From the IMG/VR virus record IMGVR_UViG_3300050190_000017: a DNA stretch of 64,000 nucleotides. One strand, 5' to 3'. Shown in pieces: positions 54,198 to 63,496 of the stretch; the first letter of the stretch is position 1; each line of letters opens with the position of its first letter. This DNA comes from a virus (taxonomy: Duplodnaviria > Heunggongvirae > Uroviricota > Caudoviricetes). A program made the translations under genes and the position numbers. The notes beneath the pieces were generated by a model. That model had not been told where the DNA came from. It did not search any database and saw only the letters and a list, made by a program, of their open reading frames with translations.

Positions 54198-54206
54198 TAT
54201 GAAATT
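54198..54206 (-). promoter_or_regulatory. Candidate late promoter AATTTCATA
   Basis: TATGAAATT on the + strand, 25 nt upstream of the gp25-like start. Confidence 0.5.
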
Positions 54207-54212
54207 TGCGAA

Positions 54213-54995
54213 CTACACATTAGGAATCTGAGGGGTAGGCGTAGTTGTGGTCAGTGTACTGTTGCCAGGCATGACATTATCCACGTCGTGCATATGTTCG
54301 TCGAAGAATGTACGCATATCCATAACGGTAGCTGTATTACCAGACCCCGTCATGTCTGTAATGCTAGAGGCCACCATCAGTGTTTCGCTCATAGTAACAG
54401 GACCCATGAACTGGTGCTCTGCAGCAGTGTACGTAGCGGTGCCGGTGACATCGAAGGAGGCATTACCCTGCACTGTGATGTTTAGGTTCCCTGTAATGTT
54501 CTCCGTGGCATTACCCTTCACCACCACTACTCGGTCACCAGCTGCATCATAGCTAATGGTATCCCCAGAGCTATGAGTCCACATCCATAACCCGGTCTCC
54601 ATGTTGACCACGAGGATGTTACCCGAGGGATCTTGAAAGCCCCAGGTCAACGGATTAGCGAACGCCGGGTTAGCAGAAGGGGCAGTTGGTATAGGGGAGT
54701 ACAGGGCGTTGTTCTCGTCACCTTTCTGCAACTCCACCATGAGTTGGGAACCTACGTAAGGGCTGCCGTACACACCGTAGGGGCCTTTAGGTCCTGTTCC
54801 GAAACCAAATGGGGAATCCTTAATAGGGCCAACCCAAGGCACAGGCCCCTTGGCCGGATTGTACAAGCCGGGTACACTAGCCTGCACTCGACCGATACCT
54901 AGAGGATCTACATTGTTAGTAACGGTTCCTAAGTAGTAGCCGTCACCATAATCCTCGCCATGCTTTACTGCATCGTTGGTACTATTCAATCCCAT
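54213..54995 (-). CDS. Baseplate central spike (gpV/gp5 OB-fold type), start reassigned to ATG 54995
   Basis: GTVTNNVDPLGIGRVQASVPG OB-fold start, beta-helix repeats, terminal EHMHD (HxH) metal-tip motif; GGAG RBS. Confidence 0.85.
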   Translation of the reverse strand: MGLNSTNDAVKHGEDYGDGYYLGTVTNNVDPLGIGRVQASVPGLYNPAKGPVPWVGPIKDSPFGFGTGPKGPYGVYGSPYVGSQLMVELQKGDENNALYSPIPTAPSANPAFANPLTWGFQDPSGNILVVNMETGLWMWTHSSGDTISYDAAGDRVVVVKGNATENITGNLNITVQGNASFDVTGTATYTAAEHQFMGPVTMSETLMVASSITDMTGSGNTATVMDMRTFFDEHMHDVDNVMPGNSTLTTTTPTPQIPNV

Positions 54996-55006
54996 GAAGT
55001 TCTCCG

Positions 55007-56128
55007 TTATCCGTTGGTATAGGGGACGTCCACGCCAGATCTGCACGCGCTGATCTTCTGCGCATATGTGGTGCCCTGTACAAACATAGCATACCCTGAT
55101 ACCGTGTATACGCCGGAGTATGCAGGATCTTGCTTGTGATTCTCCGTCTCCAAGCTGAACGTAAACTTGTCGAACAACGTTAGCGGGGTCGGAGTGTACA
55201 CCAGGAAGTCCACGTCCATTGAAAGTAGGTTAGCATACCGCATGTTCTGGTAGGCAGCACGTTCGTACTTTGAATGAACGTTACCTACATCGATCGGGCC
55301 GTAGCTCTGATAACCACGAGCAGCCTGCGTCTTCACTGTGGTGTTGAACGCCGGTGAAGTAGTGTCCGGCGTGAATGCTAGCTGGTCGTTAGCCGTCGAG
55401 AGCACCCCTGTCTGACTCTGTGTGTACCTAGCGTTATTGTAACCCGTTAGGTTATTGTTCAATCCAGACTTAGTAGTTGCCTTGTAATCCGCTACGGTGT
55501 ACATGCCCTCGATGTTCTGATACGCTACTAATGTAGTCGTAGGCTTAGGCAGATTGTTAGCATCTACATAGATTAGGGTTCCGGTTAAATCCACTCCGGC
55601 TACGGTGTATGAGCTATCAGAGATGTACCCGTGTTGATAAACGGTTTTAACGAAGTCACCATAGCTACGATTACGCTGCATCCATAGCTGTGGATCATTA
55701 GTGGTAATCCCCCTGTACTGTAGGCCGCTCAGTGTTGCAATGGTCTGCAACACCGTACTGGAGGTTCCCTGCATCCCTGCTTCGGAAGTACCTGCCCAGT
55801 AGATAGGGGAGTCCCAATAGCCGTCTATCTCATACCTAAAGGAAGAACCATCGAACGTCTTCCTCTTATGGAACAGGCGGAAGGTATAAGTGTGGGTCGG
55901 GAACTTATACGCCTTAGTAGTTATTGTGAGGGGTATACCATCCTGCAGGAACACCTTGTCCAAGGCTTTCGTATTGTCTGTCACCATGAAGTGACAGGTG
56001 GGAAGCTTCTGACGCGCTGAACACCCCATCTGCAAAAAGTTTAACGTGTTTGTGCCAGGGCTTATAGGGTAGTCAGTACCGTTGATGCTAATGCTGATCT
56101 CTATGCGATCCTTAATAATATAGGACAT
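55007..56128 (-). CDS. Baseplate hub (gp27/gpD-like)
   Basis: 373 aa, immediately upstream of the spike; AAGG RBS; call is mainly positional. Confidence 0.6.
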   Translation of the reverse strand: MSYIIKDRIEISISINGTDYPISPGTNTLNFLQMGCSARQKLPTCHFMVTDNTKALDKVFLQDGIPLTITTKAYKFPTHTYTFRLFHKRKTFDGSSFRYEIDGYWDSPIYWAGTSEAGMQGTSSTVLQTIATLSGLQYRGITTNDPQLWMQRNRSYGDFVKTVYQHGYISDSSYTVAGVDLTGTLIYVDANNLPKPTTTLVAYQNIEGMYTVADYKATTKSGLNNNLTGYNNARYTQSQTGVLSTANDQLAFTPDTTSPAFNTTVKTQAARGYQSYGPIDVGNVHSKYERAAYQNMRYANLLSMDVDFLVYTPTPLTLFDKFTFSLETENHKQDPAYSGVYTVSGYAMFVQGTTYAQKISACRSGVDVPYTNG

Positions 56129-56136
56129 ACTATACC

Positions 56137-56481
56137 TTAGATCGTAATTGTCACAGGGACGTTAGTAGCCTTCTGTGAAGACAGGTATTGCAGGAGTGCT
56201 GCCTTTGTAGGAATGTTCATTACTACTCCCGGCGCAACCTCCGAGAGCGGATCAGACCAGCCGTTGTACGCCAAGAGGGCACGCCACAAGGACGTATCCC
56301 CGTAGTACAGATAAGCAAGCCCTGGAAGGTTAGCTGCTGTCGAGGCAGTGAGCTGTACCTGCTGGTTGGTTGGTACGTTGAACCTCAAATTCTTGTAAGC
56401 TGAACTGAACACATCCCAGTCGGTACCTGTGTTATCTACTACTGTGTAGTTAGTCCAGTCGTAATCGGTATCAATAGCCAT
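56137..56481 (-). CDS. LysM-like baseplate protein (gpX/gp53-like)
   Basis: LPGLAYLYYGDTSLWRALLAYNG-DPL-E-PG-V-NIP motif. Confidence 0.8.
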   Translation of the reverse strand: MAIDTDYDWTNYTVVDNTGTDWDVFSSAYKNLRFNVPTNQQVQLTASTAANLPGLAYLYYGDTSLWRALLAYNGWSDPLSEVAPGVVMNIPTKAALLQYLSSQKATNVPVTITI

Positions 56482-56490
56482 CTCGTACCC

Positions 56491-57387
56491 CTATCGAATA
56501 GTAGTCTGTGCTAGTAGTGCAGCTTGGGACAAGGAGACAGGAGGGCCCATAATGCCACTACCTATGTTACTAGTAGTTGGTAGGCCCGCCTTCGACTGAT
56601 TGTTAATGAACACGGAGGACAGGTCTTCTTGAGTCAGCATGAAGAACGGCTTGAACGTTATGTTCACCGTAGCATGATGCGGCAATCCGGTTGCAGCATC
56701 TATGTTTGACATGAACGTCTGCTGGACGTTTGTTATAACAACCGAGTCAAAGAACATATAGTTACCAATCCGAATTGAAATCTGATTGGCTACCTGTGAC
56801 TTCCAATACTGAGAGCTACCCAACTGCGGGTTCTGTGTGTTCGACTGAGTAACCGGAGTGTTAGAACCTTGGTTAGCACTAACAGAGGTGTTTGTCATCG
56901 ACGCTGCGGTAGGTTGCACCTGCCCGTTACCTACGGCCGTTGCGGTGTTAACTAACTGCGTACCGGCATTCTTAACCAGTGTAGTTATCTGCGACACATT
57001 CAAGGAAGGCCCCGGAGACTGCAACATCCCTGTACTAGAACTAACAGAGGGCATGGTCAACCTATTCAAGTTGAGAATAGGTGTTTGTACGTCTGCTACT
57101 GGATCACTCTCTGTATGAAATTCAAGAGCAAGGGTTAAGGTAGTCTCTGAGGCACCCTGCCACAACTGGGCTGTCATTGCTGGTACTGCTAATCGAATAC
57201 CAAAGGCCGAGGCTACCTGAGCAACTGCACCAGAGGTAGGACCCTGAGGTAGTGATTGAGCGTAACTAGCATTGGAGTCGAAGGCAAAGGTCTCAGGTAA
57301 GGGTGCCTGTACTATAATTGGTGTCTGCCCTGCTGGAACATGGCTTTGCATAATTGTGACTTGATACGCAGGGTTAATATTGCTCAT
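56491..57387 (-). CDS. Baseplate tube-initiator-like protein (gp48/gp54-like)
   Basis: QLWQG, IRIGNYMFFDSVVITNVQQTF, HATVNITFKP segments; positional support. Confidence 0.6.
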   Translation of the reverse strand: MSNINPAYQVTIMQSHVPAGQTPIIVQAPLPETFAFDSNASYAQSLPQGPTSGAVAQVASAFGIRLAVPAMTAQLWQGASETTLTLALEFHTESDPVADVQTPILNLNRLTMPSVSSSTGMLQSPGPSLNVSQITTLVKNAGTQLVNTATAVGNGQVQPTAASMTNTSVSANQGSNTPVTQSNTQNPQLGSSQYWKSQVANQISIRIGNYMFFDSVVITNVQQTFMSNIDAATGLPHHATVNITFKPFFMLTQEDLSSVFINNQSKAGLPTTSNIGSGIMGPPVSLSQAALLAQTTIR

Positions 57388-57389
57388 AA

Positions 57390-58451
57390 CTAATCCTTCT
57401 TAAACTTACAGTTGTCACCATGCCATCTAGTAAAGGCAGTACCTTTACTTTCTGTGCCACAGTGCTCACAAATTTTTATAGGCTGAGCAGCTTTAGCTGC
57501 GCGCATCTTAGCTTTAGTTTCCTCAGTATGAGTAGTACCCTTATTGAGCGCCGGTCGACCTTTCTTTGCAGCGCTCTGCTTTGCCCGTGTTTCTACTGAG
57601 GTCTCATGCCCCATCTTAGAAGCACTAATTTTAGTACCTACTTCCGTCGGGCGGGTGGTACCACGTAATTGTGCTACTCGCTTCTCAAGTGTTTCAACAC
57701 TCTGTTTCTTACCACGATGCGCTAGGCTATTCTTCTCGTTGATAGCGTCTAACTCTTCTTGACTCTTGCCCGCATAGGTAGCTTTTCTTTTGGCTACGAT
57801 CTGATCTAGCTTAGCAGCTATTTTAGCTTTAGTTTCCTCAGTGGGCTTGTAGCCGCTTAGGCCCTCCCCGGCGTCACTAAGATTAGTAAGTGGTCCATTC
57901 CTACCACGACCAACAGCTTTCACTAACCCCACTTCCTTCATTAGTGCTACGGCCTCTATAGAGAATCCACTGACTCGTTTCTCTATAGGTTCTAGGCCAA
58001 GGCGATGAAGACTACGAATAGTGTTAGCTTTATGCTCACCTGCTACAGGAGTGGGCTTAGCTCTGGCGTGTCGGGCGTGTGCCTTCATTCTACCACCGTA
58101 CCCTTTTCCTACGTAGAAAGGTAGGAAAGGAAGCTCAATAATTTTCCCACCTGGGAGATCTATAATCCACTGGCCTGGCTTACGGGGATCCATAAGAACG
58201 TACACGTAGAAGATTTTATCTAACTTAAGTCTACGTCCTTTACCTTTGTTACCAGTAACGGCTAACTCTGCGGTTAAGTTCCAGGCAGCTATTGCGATCT
58301 GAGCTTCTAGCTCTGGGAATTCCGAGGTTATTATAGCGGCTGCTAATTCTTTAAAGACTTTGCGCCGCTTCTTTTCATACGGGTCTTCAAGGGAATTTTG
58401 GTCGTACTCGTGGAAGTAGAGCTCAGCGAGCTCCTGGTAGTTCGTGGACAT
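57390..58451 (-). mobile_element. Free-standing GIY-YIG homing endonuclease with NUMOD3 repeats
   Basis: FYVYVLMDPRKPG...PFYVGKG...GPLTNLSDAGEG; GKKQSVET, GHETSVETRAK and GTTHTEETKAKM repeats; CEHCG...HGDNCK tail. Confidence 0.85.
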
Positions 58452-58574
58452 TTGACAACCCCATATCGATTTAAGAAGTGAAACATAAAGCTAGTCAGAT
58501 GATATGGATCTGACGGAGGCTGGCCGGCCCTTTCGCTCTATGCTCACTATTAAATTGACAGGGTAGCAAGTTGT

Positions 58575-58619
58575 CTAAGGGGCGATAGTCACCATGTAGT
58601 TCGGATTTATATTCGACAT
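58575..58619 (-). pseudogene. 14-codon remnant N-terminus MSNINPNYMVTIAP of the downstream baseplate gene
   Basis: AAGGAG RBS; matches MSNINPAYQVTI at 57387. Confidence 0.75.
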
Positions 58620-58629
58620 TAGGTACTCC

Positions 58630-60090
58630 TTAACTTACTGCTATCAGAGTGCCTTTAGCACCCTGGATGTAATTCTTATCTGCTGGTGGTGGATTAACAA
58701 TACCACCTGAAGCACCGGAGGACTGCTGGGTACTCTGTGCGCTAGGCACATTAGTCGATGCCACGGTAACTGCGGTGGTCTGCTTCACTGGATAACTAGG
58801 AGCTGAGCGTGTACTACTAGCAATCTGTGTAGTAGGTGCGGTGGCCGGAGGCGCACCACTAAGCTTATTAGCCGAGGCTGCTACTGTACTTCCGCTGTTA
58901 ATCGTACTGGACTTCAACAGTGCCACCACTTCCTGAGCACGTGCGCCAACCTGTGTGTACCACTTACTGCTTTCCAGACTTGCAGCTGCGTCTGCTATGT
59001 CCAGATCTTGCATGAACTTAGTAAAGGTCGGCCAGCCATGCCACCAAGTCGGACCCATATTGTACGTCATATCAATAAGGGCTGCCTGCCCGCCGGAACT
59101 TAGGCGTGCAAAGTTTGGAATGTTCATAGCAGCTTTCTTATGCTTGAGGTAGTCCTGGGCAAACAAGGCCTGGATCTCATCCATAGTGAACGTGCGGTTC
59201 CACTCAGGGGGTAAGCTATGCCCATCTCCAATTAAGTGACCTACACCGACTGTCCATAATCCTAATGAGTCTTTGTAGGGCGTCAGCTTTACTCCCTCAT
59301 GGCGCATAATCATTGCCATGATAGCTTTATCGTCACCCGTTGGGGGTACTGCCACAGACCCTGCTGCAATAGGAGGTGCAGCAACCATACCCTGACCCTG
59401 AGCTGCTACAGTAGTTTCTCCTGTAGGCTCTCCGGCGGTCTCCCCCTTCTGCACATCACGTAGAGCACCTGACAGGAACTCATCAGTAGTGGGATCTATA
59501 GAGTCCGTCTTGTCAGAGGCTGGCTTATCGAAAAACATCTTCCAACTAGCGAGACCGATACCAGCAACACCCCCTGCTATTGCGATGAACGGCCACAGTT
59601 CAGGGTTGACTCCGATGAATCCTAAGGCTTCCGTAAGAATGGGGCGTACAACCCATTCCACTAGAGCCTTTAGACCCTGCACGATTACCTTTTTAACTAT
59701 CCAGCGTACAAACTTGAGCGTTAGCTTTAATGCTAGTTTGAACACGTACTTAACGATCTTATGTATTCCCCACTTAGCTACACGCTTCAGTAGGTGAATG
59801 CCCTCACCCTCTACGTTTGAGAACTTCTCCTCTAAGTCCTGCATCTCCCTGAAGGTTTCAACAACCCCTAGAGTAATGGCAGCAAGGGGTGGGCTTTGCT
59901 TCTTCTGATACTTGTTCACCAACCCCTGAACACCTTCAGTCAAGTGTTCTTCCACTGCTGGAGTTTCCAAGGCTGCTAATAGTGTAGAGAGATCTGCGTT
60001 ATCAATCTGGTCTTCTAGGTCCTTAGTAGAATCGCTAGTGCGCTCTCTAGGCGTAGGTACTAGTGCTGCTGCGTCTGTTAGAGAGTTCAT
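58630..60090 (-). CDS. Tail-associated lysozyme (GH24) with tape-measure-like N-terminus
   Basis: RHEGVKLTPYKDSLGLWTVGVGHL gives T4-lysozyme E-x8-D-x5-T spacing; ALIDMTYNMG; SKWYTQVGARA. Confidence 0.85.
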   Translation of the reverse strand: MNSLTDAAALVPTPRERTSDSTKDLEDQIDNADLSTLLAALETPAVEEHLTEGVQGLVNKYQKKQSPPLAAITLGVVETFREMQDLEEKFSNVEGEGIHLLKRVAKWGIHKIVKYVFKLALKLTLKFVRWIVKKVIVQGLKALVEWVVRPILTEALGFIGVNPELWPFIAIAGGVAGIGLASWKMFFDKPASDKTDSIDPTTDEFLSGALRDVQKGETAGEPTGETTVAAQGQGMVAAPPIAAGSVAVPPTGDDKAIMAMIMRHEGVKLTPYKDSLGLWTVGVGHLIGDGHSLPPEWNRTFTMDEIQALFAQDYLKHKKAAMNIPNFARLSSGGQAALIDMTYNMGPTWWHGWPTFTKFMQDLDIADAAASLESSKWYTQVGARAQEVVALLKSSTINSGSTVAASANKLSGAPPATAPTTQIASSTRSAPSYPVKQTTAVTVASTNVPSAQSTQQSSGASGGIVNPPPADKNYIQGAKGTLIAVS

Positions 60091-60093
60091 AGG

Positions 60094-62184
60094 TTAGCCT
60101 GTGATAACACTCATATTCATTAAGGCTAATGAATCATCTACTCCAGAGCTAATCTTGAATGAATCAAGGCCGACCGTGCTAGTGCTATTAGTTTTAGGAG
60201 CACCTGAGGCCCCGCCTACAGTACTAGTAGTACCCGCCCCGGCAACTGGATGAGTAACAGCTGGGGTAGTTCTTACGGCAGTACCTGGGACACTAGTGGT
60301 TTTAGTAATACCTGAGGTACCAAAGCTGGTAGCAGGAGCACTCGAGGTGGGCAAAGTAGGAACAGGTTGGCTGACTACTGGAGGGCGTGCCCCGCCCTGT
60401 CGGGAGACGAAGCCTGTGCTACTCTTAGCGTTTACTAAGGCGCTAGCTCCCGAGGCAACAGAGGAACCCGCAGACTTTAATCCAGGAGCCAGAGCTGTAC
60501 CCAGTGCCCCTATGTCCCCTCCGCCTATTGAGGATTCAGGCACGTTACTACCCACCAGGGCCTTACCAACTGTGGCTGCACCACGACCTACTGCGGATAC
60601 CCCTTTCCCTATGGCGCTACCTACCAGTTTTGCTCCGCTAGCAACAGATGACTCACCTTTAGCAAGAGTTGCAGCATTACTCTTGTTAACTGAGGCTTGC
60701 TGTGCCTGTGTGAGTGGTTGTACTGCTTGTCGACCCCCACCACCCCCTCCGGCAGTCGTTCCCTTACCTCCGGTGGCCTGCCGAGAGTTAAACTTCGTAG
60801 GTTCTTTCTTACTGCTGAACCCTAACTTACTGGCGACCCAACCTACGGCATCCGATATATCTTTAAATACGTCTTTTGCTTTATCGATAGCCGGTCCTAG
60901 TCCGAGTTTATCAGTGACCCATTTTATAAGCTCACTGCCCTTGTCGTACATTAAGTTCCACGCACCTTCGGCACTCTTCTTAATGTTATCCCAGGTCAAT
61001 AGTTCCTTGGCCTTCTTCGCTATTGTTTCGTATAACTGAGGAGCTAATAGTATGCTCATCAAGCCAGTACCCAAAGCGGCTAGCCAACCCTTAGCAGTAT
61101 CCGCTTTAGAGGCTACAGACTCATACTTATCACCAATCCACGTACCAAACGATCTCCACCATACATCTGCGGTCTTTTCATCGTCCTCAGCAGCTGCACC
61201 GGCTGCTGCAGGTGCTCCTGTGGTAGCTGCTGTAGCTGCCGTAGCCGGGCCAGCTAGGGCTAGGGTGCCTAAGCTTTGCGCTATAGAGGTTAGTGCCGTA
61301 CTCTGGCCACCGCCAGGAGCACCAGACTTCACCAGCGCATTCCCTACGTCATGCACAGTGGTTAGCCCGGTATTATATTTGGTCTGAGCTCTAGGTTCAT
61401 CGTCCGTCAATTCCCAAGGAGAACTAGCTGTGTCCCTAGTATGTGCCCCACTCAGCATAGACGAACCACGACGACCTACTGTAGGTTCATCGTCTAAGTC
61501 CCAATCTTGAGAAGCTGCCCTACTTGAGGATGCCTGAGGTGCTCCTAGTAACGGTGTGCTGTACCTAGCTGCAGCTGCAGGACTAACACTAGCCATAGCC
61601 GCACTAAGGATGGTGGCTTTGATAACAGCTGCCACACTATCAGTAATGGAGTCAACTAGCTTACGTTGGCGACTGTCCCACTTACGATCATCGGTAGTAC
61701 CTTGCTGCTCTAGCGAAGCCTCGTGGATAGCCATCACATCGTCTGTGGTGGGAATATCCTTAGGAGGCAGGAACGAAGCAAAGGAATTCAACTGAGAGCT
61801 AAGAGTCTTCTCGAAACGGGTGTCTTGATCCAGAGACTCAATCTCAATAATGTCTTTGATCTTAGCAAGGATCTCAGGCATCTGCTCCTTAAGAACTTCC
61901 CCTACTGCTTTGGAGAACTCTGCCTGATCTTCTTTAGTCTTCTTAAGGTTAGCCTTTTGTACTATGTTAACCTGTGCTTCAGCTGCCTTCACTGCATCGG
62001 AGAATACGCGCTTGGCTAACTTACTTAGGCCCTCAAGAGTCTTCTCAATTTTCTGGAAGTCTTGAGGTTGGCCCTTACCCTCGGCAATCTTAGATATAGA
62101 GTGGCCAGCGTTGTGCTGCAGCGCGTCCCATTTCTTCCGTTCTGCGTCACTTCTAAACTTAGGGGTTTTTGGTTTGTCAGCCAT
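60094..62184 (-). CDS. Tape-measure-like tail protein
   Basis: 696 aa; charged helical N-terminus, Trp-spaced A/G/K-rich middle, low-complexity C-terminus; downstream of chaperone-like genes. Confidence 0.55.
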   Translation of the reverse strand: MADKPKTPKFRSDAERKKWDALQHNAGHSISKIAEGKGQPQDFQKIEKTLEGLSKLAKRVFSDAVKAAEAQVNIVQKANLKKTKEDQAEFSKAVGEVLKEQMPEILAKIKDIIEIESLDQDTRFEKTLSSQLNSFASFLPPKDIPTTDDVMAIHEASLEQQGTTDDRKWDSRQRKLVDSITDSVAAVIKATILSAAMASVSPAAAARYSTPLLGAPQASSSRAASQDWDLDDEPTVGRRGSSMLSGAHTRDTASSPWELTDDEPRAQTKYNTGLTTVHDVGNALVKSGAPGGGQSTALTSIAQSLGTLALAGPATAATAATTGAPAAAGAAAEDDEKTADVWWRSFGTWIGDKYESVASKADTAKGWLAALGTGLMSILLAPQLYETIAKKAKELLTWDNIKKSAEGAWNLMYDKGSELIKWVTDKLGLGPAIDKAKDVFKDISDAVGWVASKLGFSSKKEPTKFNSRQATGGKGTTAGGGGGGRQAVQPLTQAQQASVNKSNAATLAKGESSVASGAKLVGSAIGKGVSAVGRGAATVGKALVGSNVPESSIGGGDIGALGTALAPGLKSAGSSVASGASALVNAKSSTGFVSRQGGARPPVVSQPVPTLPTSSAPATSFGTSGITKTTSVPGTAVRTTPAVTHPVAGAGTTSTVGGASGAPKTNSTSTVGLDSFKISSGVDDSLALMNMSVITG

Positions 62185-62203
62185 GACACGTATCCTTACT
62201 TAG

Positions 62204-62398
62204 TCAGCCTATGTACTGTTGGCCATTCCTTGCTGCTTCTTTCCGTGCTTCAGCCCTAGAGTACGCAATCTCCGAGAGCTGCATGAACCTGTAGATAGGC
62301 ATTTCGTCATCCACAGCAAAGTGAAACTCCTGAGCTATGAGCGTGTGCCTATCCAGTATCTCTTTAGGGTCAGTTAGCGGAAAGAAATGAATGCGCAT
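62204..62398 (-). CDS. Tail assembly chaperone, downstream (T-like) segment
   Basis: Overlaps the 3' end of the 62370 ORF in the +1 frame; precedes the tape measure. Confidence 0.5.
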   Translation of the reverse strand: MRIHFFPLTDPKEILDRHTLIAQEFHFAVDDEMPIYRFMQLSEIAYSRAEARKEAARNGQQYIG

Positions 62399-63473
62399 CG
62401 AGAACGACTTTCGTCATCCTGGATGCGCCACACACCTTGCAAGTTACGTTAATCTTCTCTTCCACGCCGTAGCCTTTCAGAGCCTCTTCAAATTCTTTAA
62501 TCAGTTGAATCTCTCCGCCTTCTGCTTCCTCCATAGCCTGCGCCCGTTGATCTACTGTCCAGTAAGTTTGTGGATCGGTTAGGAAGGATGTACGCTGAAT
62601 GAAGGAACCAAGCTGGGCTAAGTACTCAAACTCCTCATGATCTTCCGCCTGCATCCTCGGGCTTTCTGCGAACTCAATAGCAGTACGCATTGTAGGCGGA
62701 GTGAAGTAGAAGGGGACGTCAGCAGGGAACTTGAAGTAATCAGGGTCTGGCAGTTGATCCAATTCCACAACAGTAAGATCACCCTTACGAATGATCTCAG
62801 CAATCTGGAGTGTTTCAGGAGCTAGCTTACCTTCTCGAACCTGTGCGATGTGTGCAGGGTTATTACACTGAGTCTTATGAATGAAGGACGATTTAGTGTA
62901 TGAGTTCTGACGCAACCAGTACAACACATAGGTGAAGTCAGGAAGCGTTAATTCAAAACCTAATGGACCTACACCAGGAGTCGTGGTGCTCAACACCGAG
63001 GACACGGCTTCGACTAGTTGCTGCAGTGAGCCCTCTGCGTGTGCGCGACTCAGCTTGGAAAGGTGCTTACCCTTAAACGGTTTAACGTACACATCCTTAA
63101 ATGCGTAGTAAGCAAACTTCGACGGTAAGGTTAACGAAACACCTTCTGGATCAGCAACAGGTGCAGTGAACCCGGGCATTACGTTAGGCACCGAAGGGAA
63201 TTCTTTCGACACAGGCATAGTAATACCAGGACGTGCTACAGGGGACTGATGTACTACTGGCTGTTGTGCAACCTGCTGACCTAAATAAGGATGCTGGTAC
63301 GGTTGCTGTGGCTGTGGCTGTTGATTAGACTGTTGGGCTGCCTGCTGACGCGGGTCTTGCCGTTGAAACGGTTGAGACTGGGCTTGCCGTGCTTTAGTTA
63401 AGGCTTCAATCTGAGCTTGTCGCTCAGGAGGAAACGCAAAGTTCTGCGTTGTAGTTGTTGTTTCGTTATTCAT
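62370..63473 (-). CDS. Tail assembly chaperone / T4 gp26-51-like hub assembly protein
   Basis: LTLPSKF-YY-F-DVYVKPF, LTLPDF-YVLYWLR, C and CKVCG Zn ligands; Gln-rich N-terminus. Confidence 0.65.
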   Translation of the reverse strand: MNNETTTTTQNFAFPPERQAQIEALTKARQAQSQPFQRQDPRQQAAQQSNQQPQPQQPYQHPYLGQQVAQQPVVHQSPVARPGITMPVSKEFPSVPNVMPGFTAPVADPEGVSLTLPSKFAYYAFKDVYVKPFKGKHLSKLSRAHAEGSLQQLVEAVSSVLSTTTPGVGPLGFELTLPDFTYVLYWLRQNSYTKSSFIHKTQCNNPAHIAQVREGKLAPETLQIAEIIRKGDLTVVELDQLPDPDYFKFPADVPFYFTPPTMRTAIEFAESPRMQAEDHEEFEYLAQLGSFIQRTSFLTDPQTYWTVDQRAQAMEEAEGGEIQLIKEFEEALKGYGVEEKINVTCKVCGASRMTKVVLDAHSFLSAN

Positions 63474-63496
63474 TTAGTACTCCTACGGCGGAAGGG

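Noticed and set aside
58452-58575. Hammerhead ribozyme or group I intron in the endonuclease leader
   Set aside because: CTGA and GAAA words are present but cannot be arranged into the hammerhead core with valid stems. The spacer is too short for a group I core, and the downstream gene has its own start.
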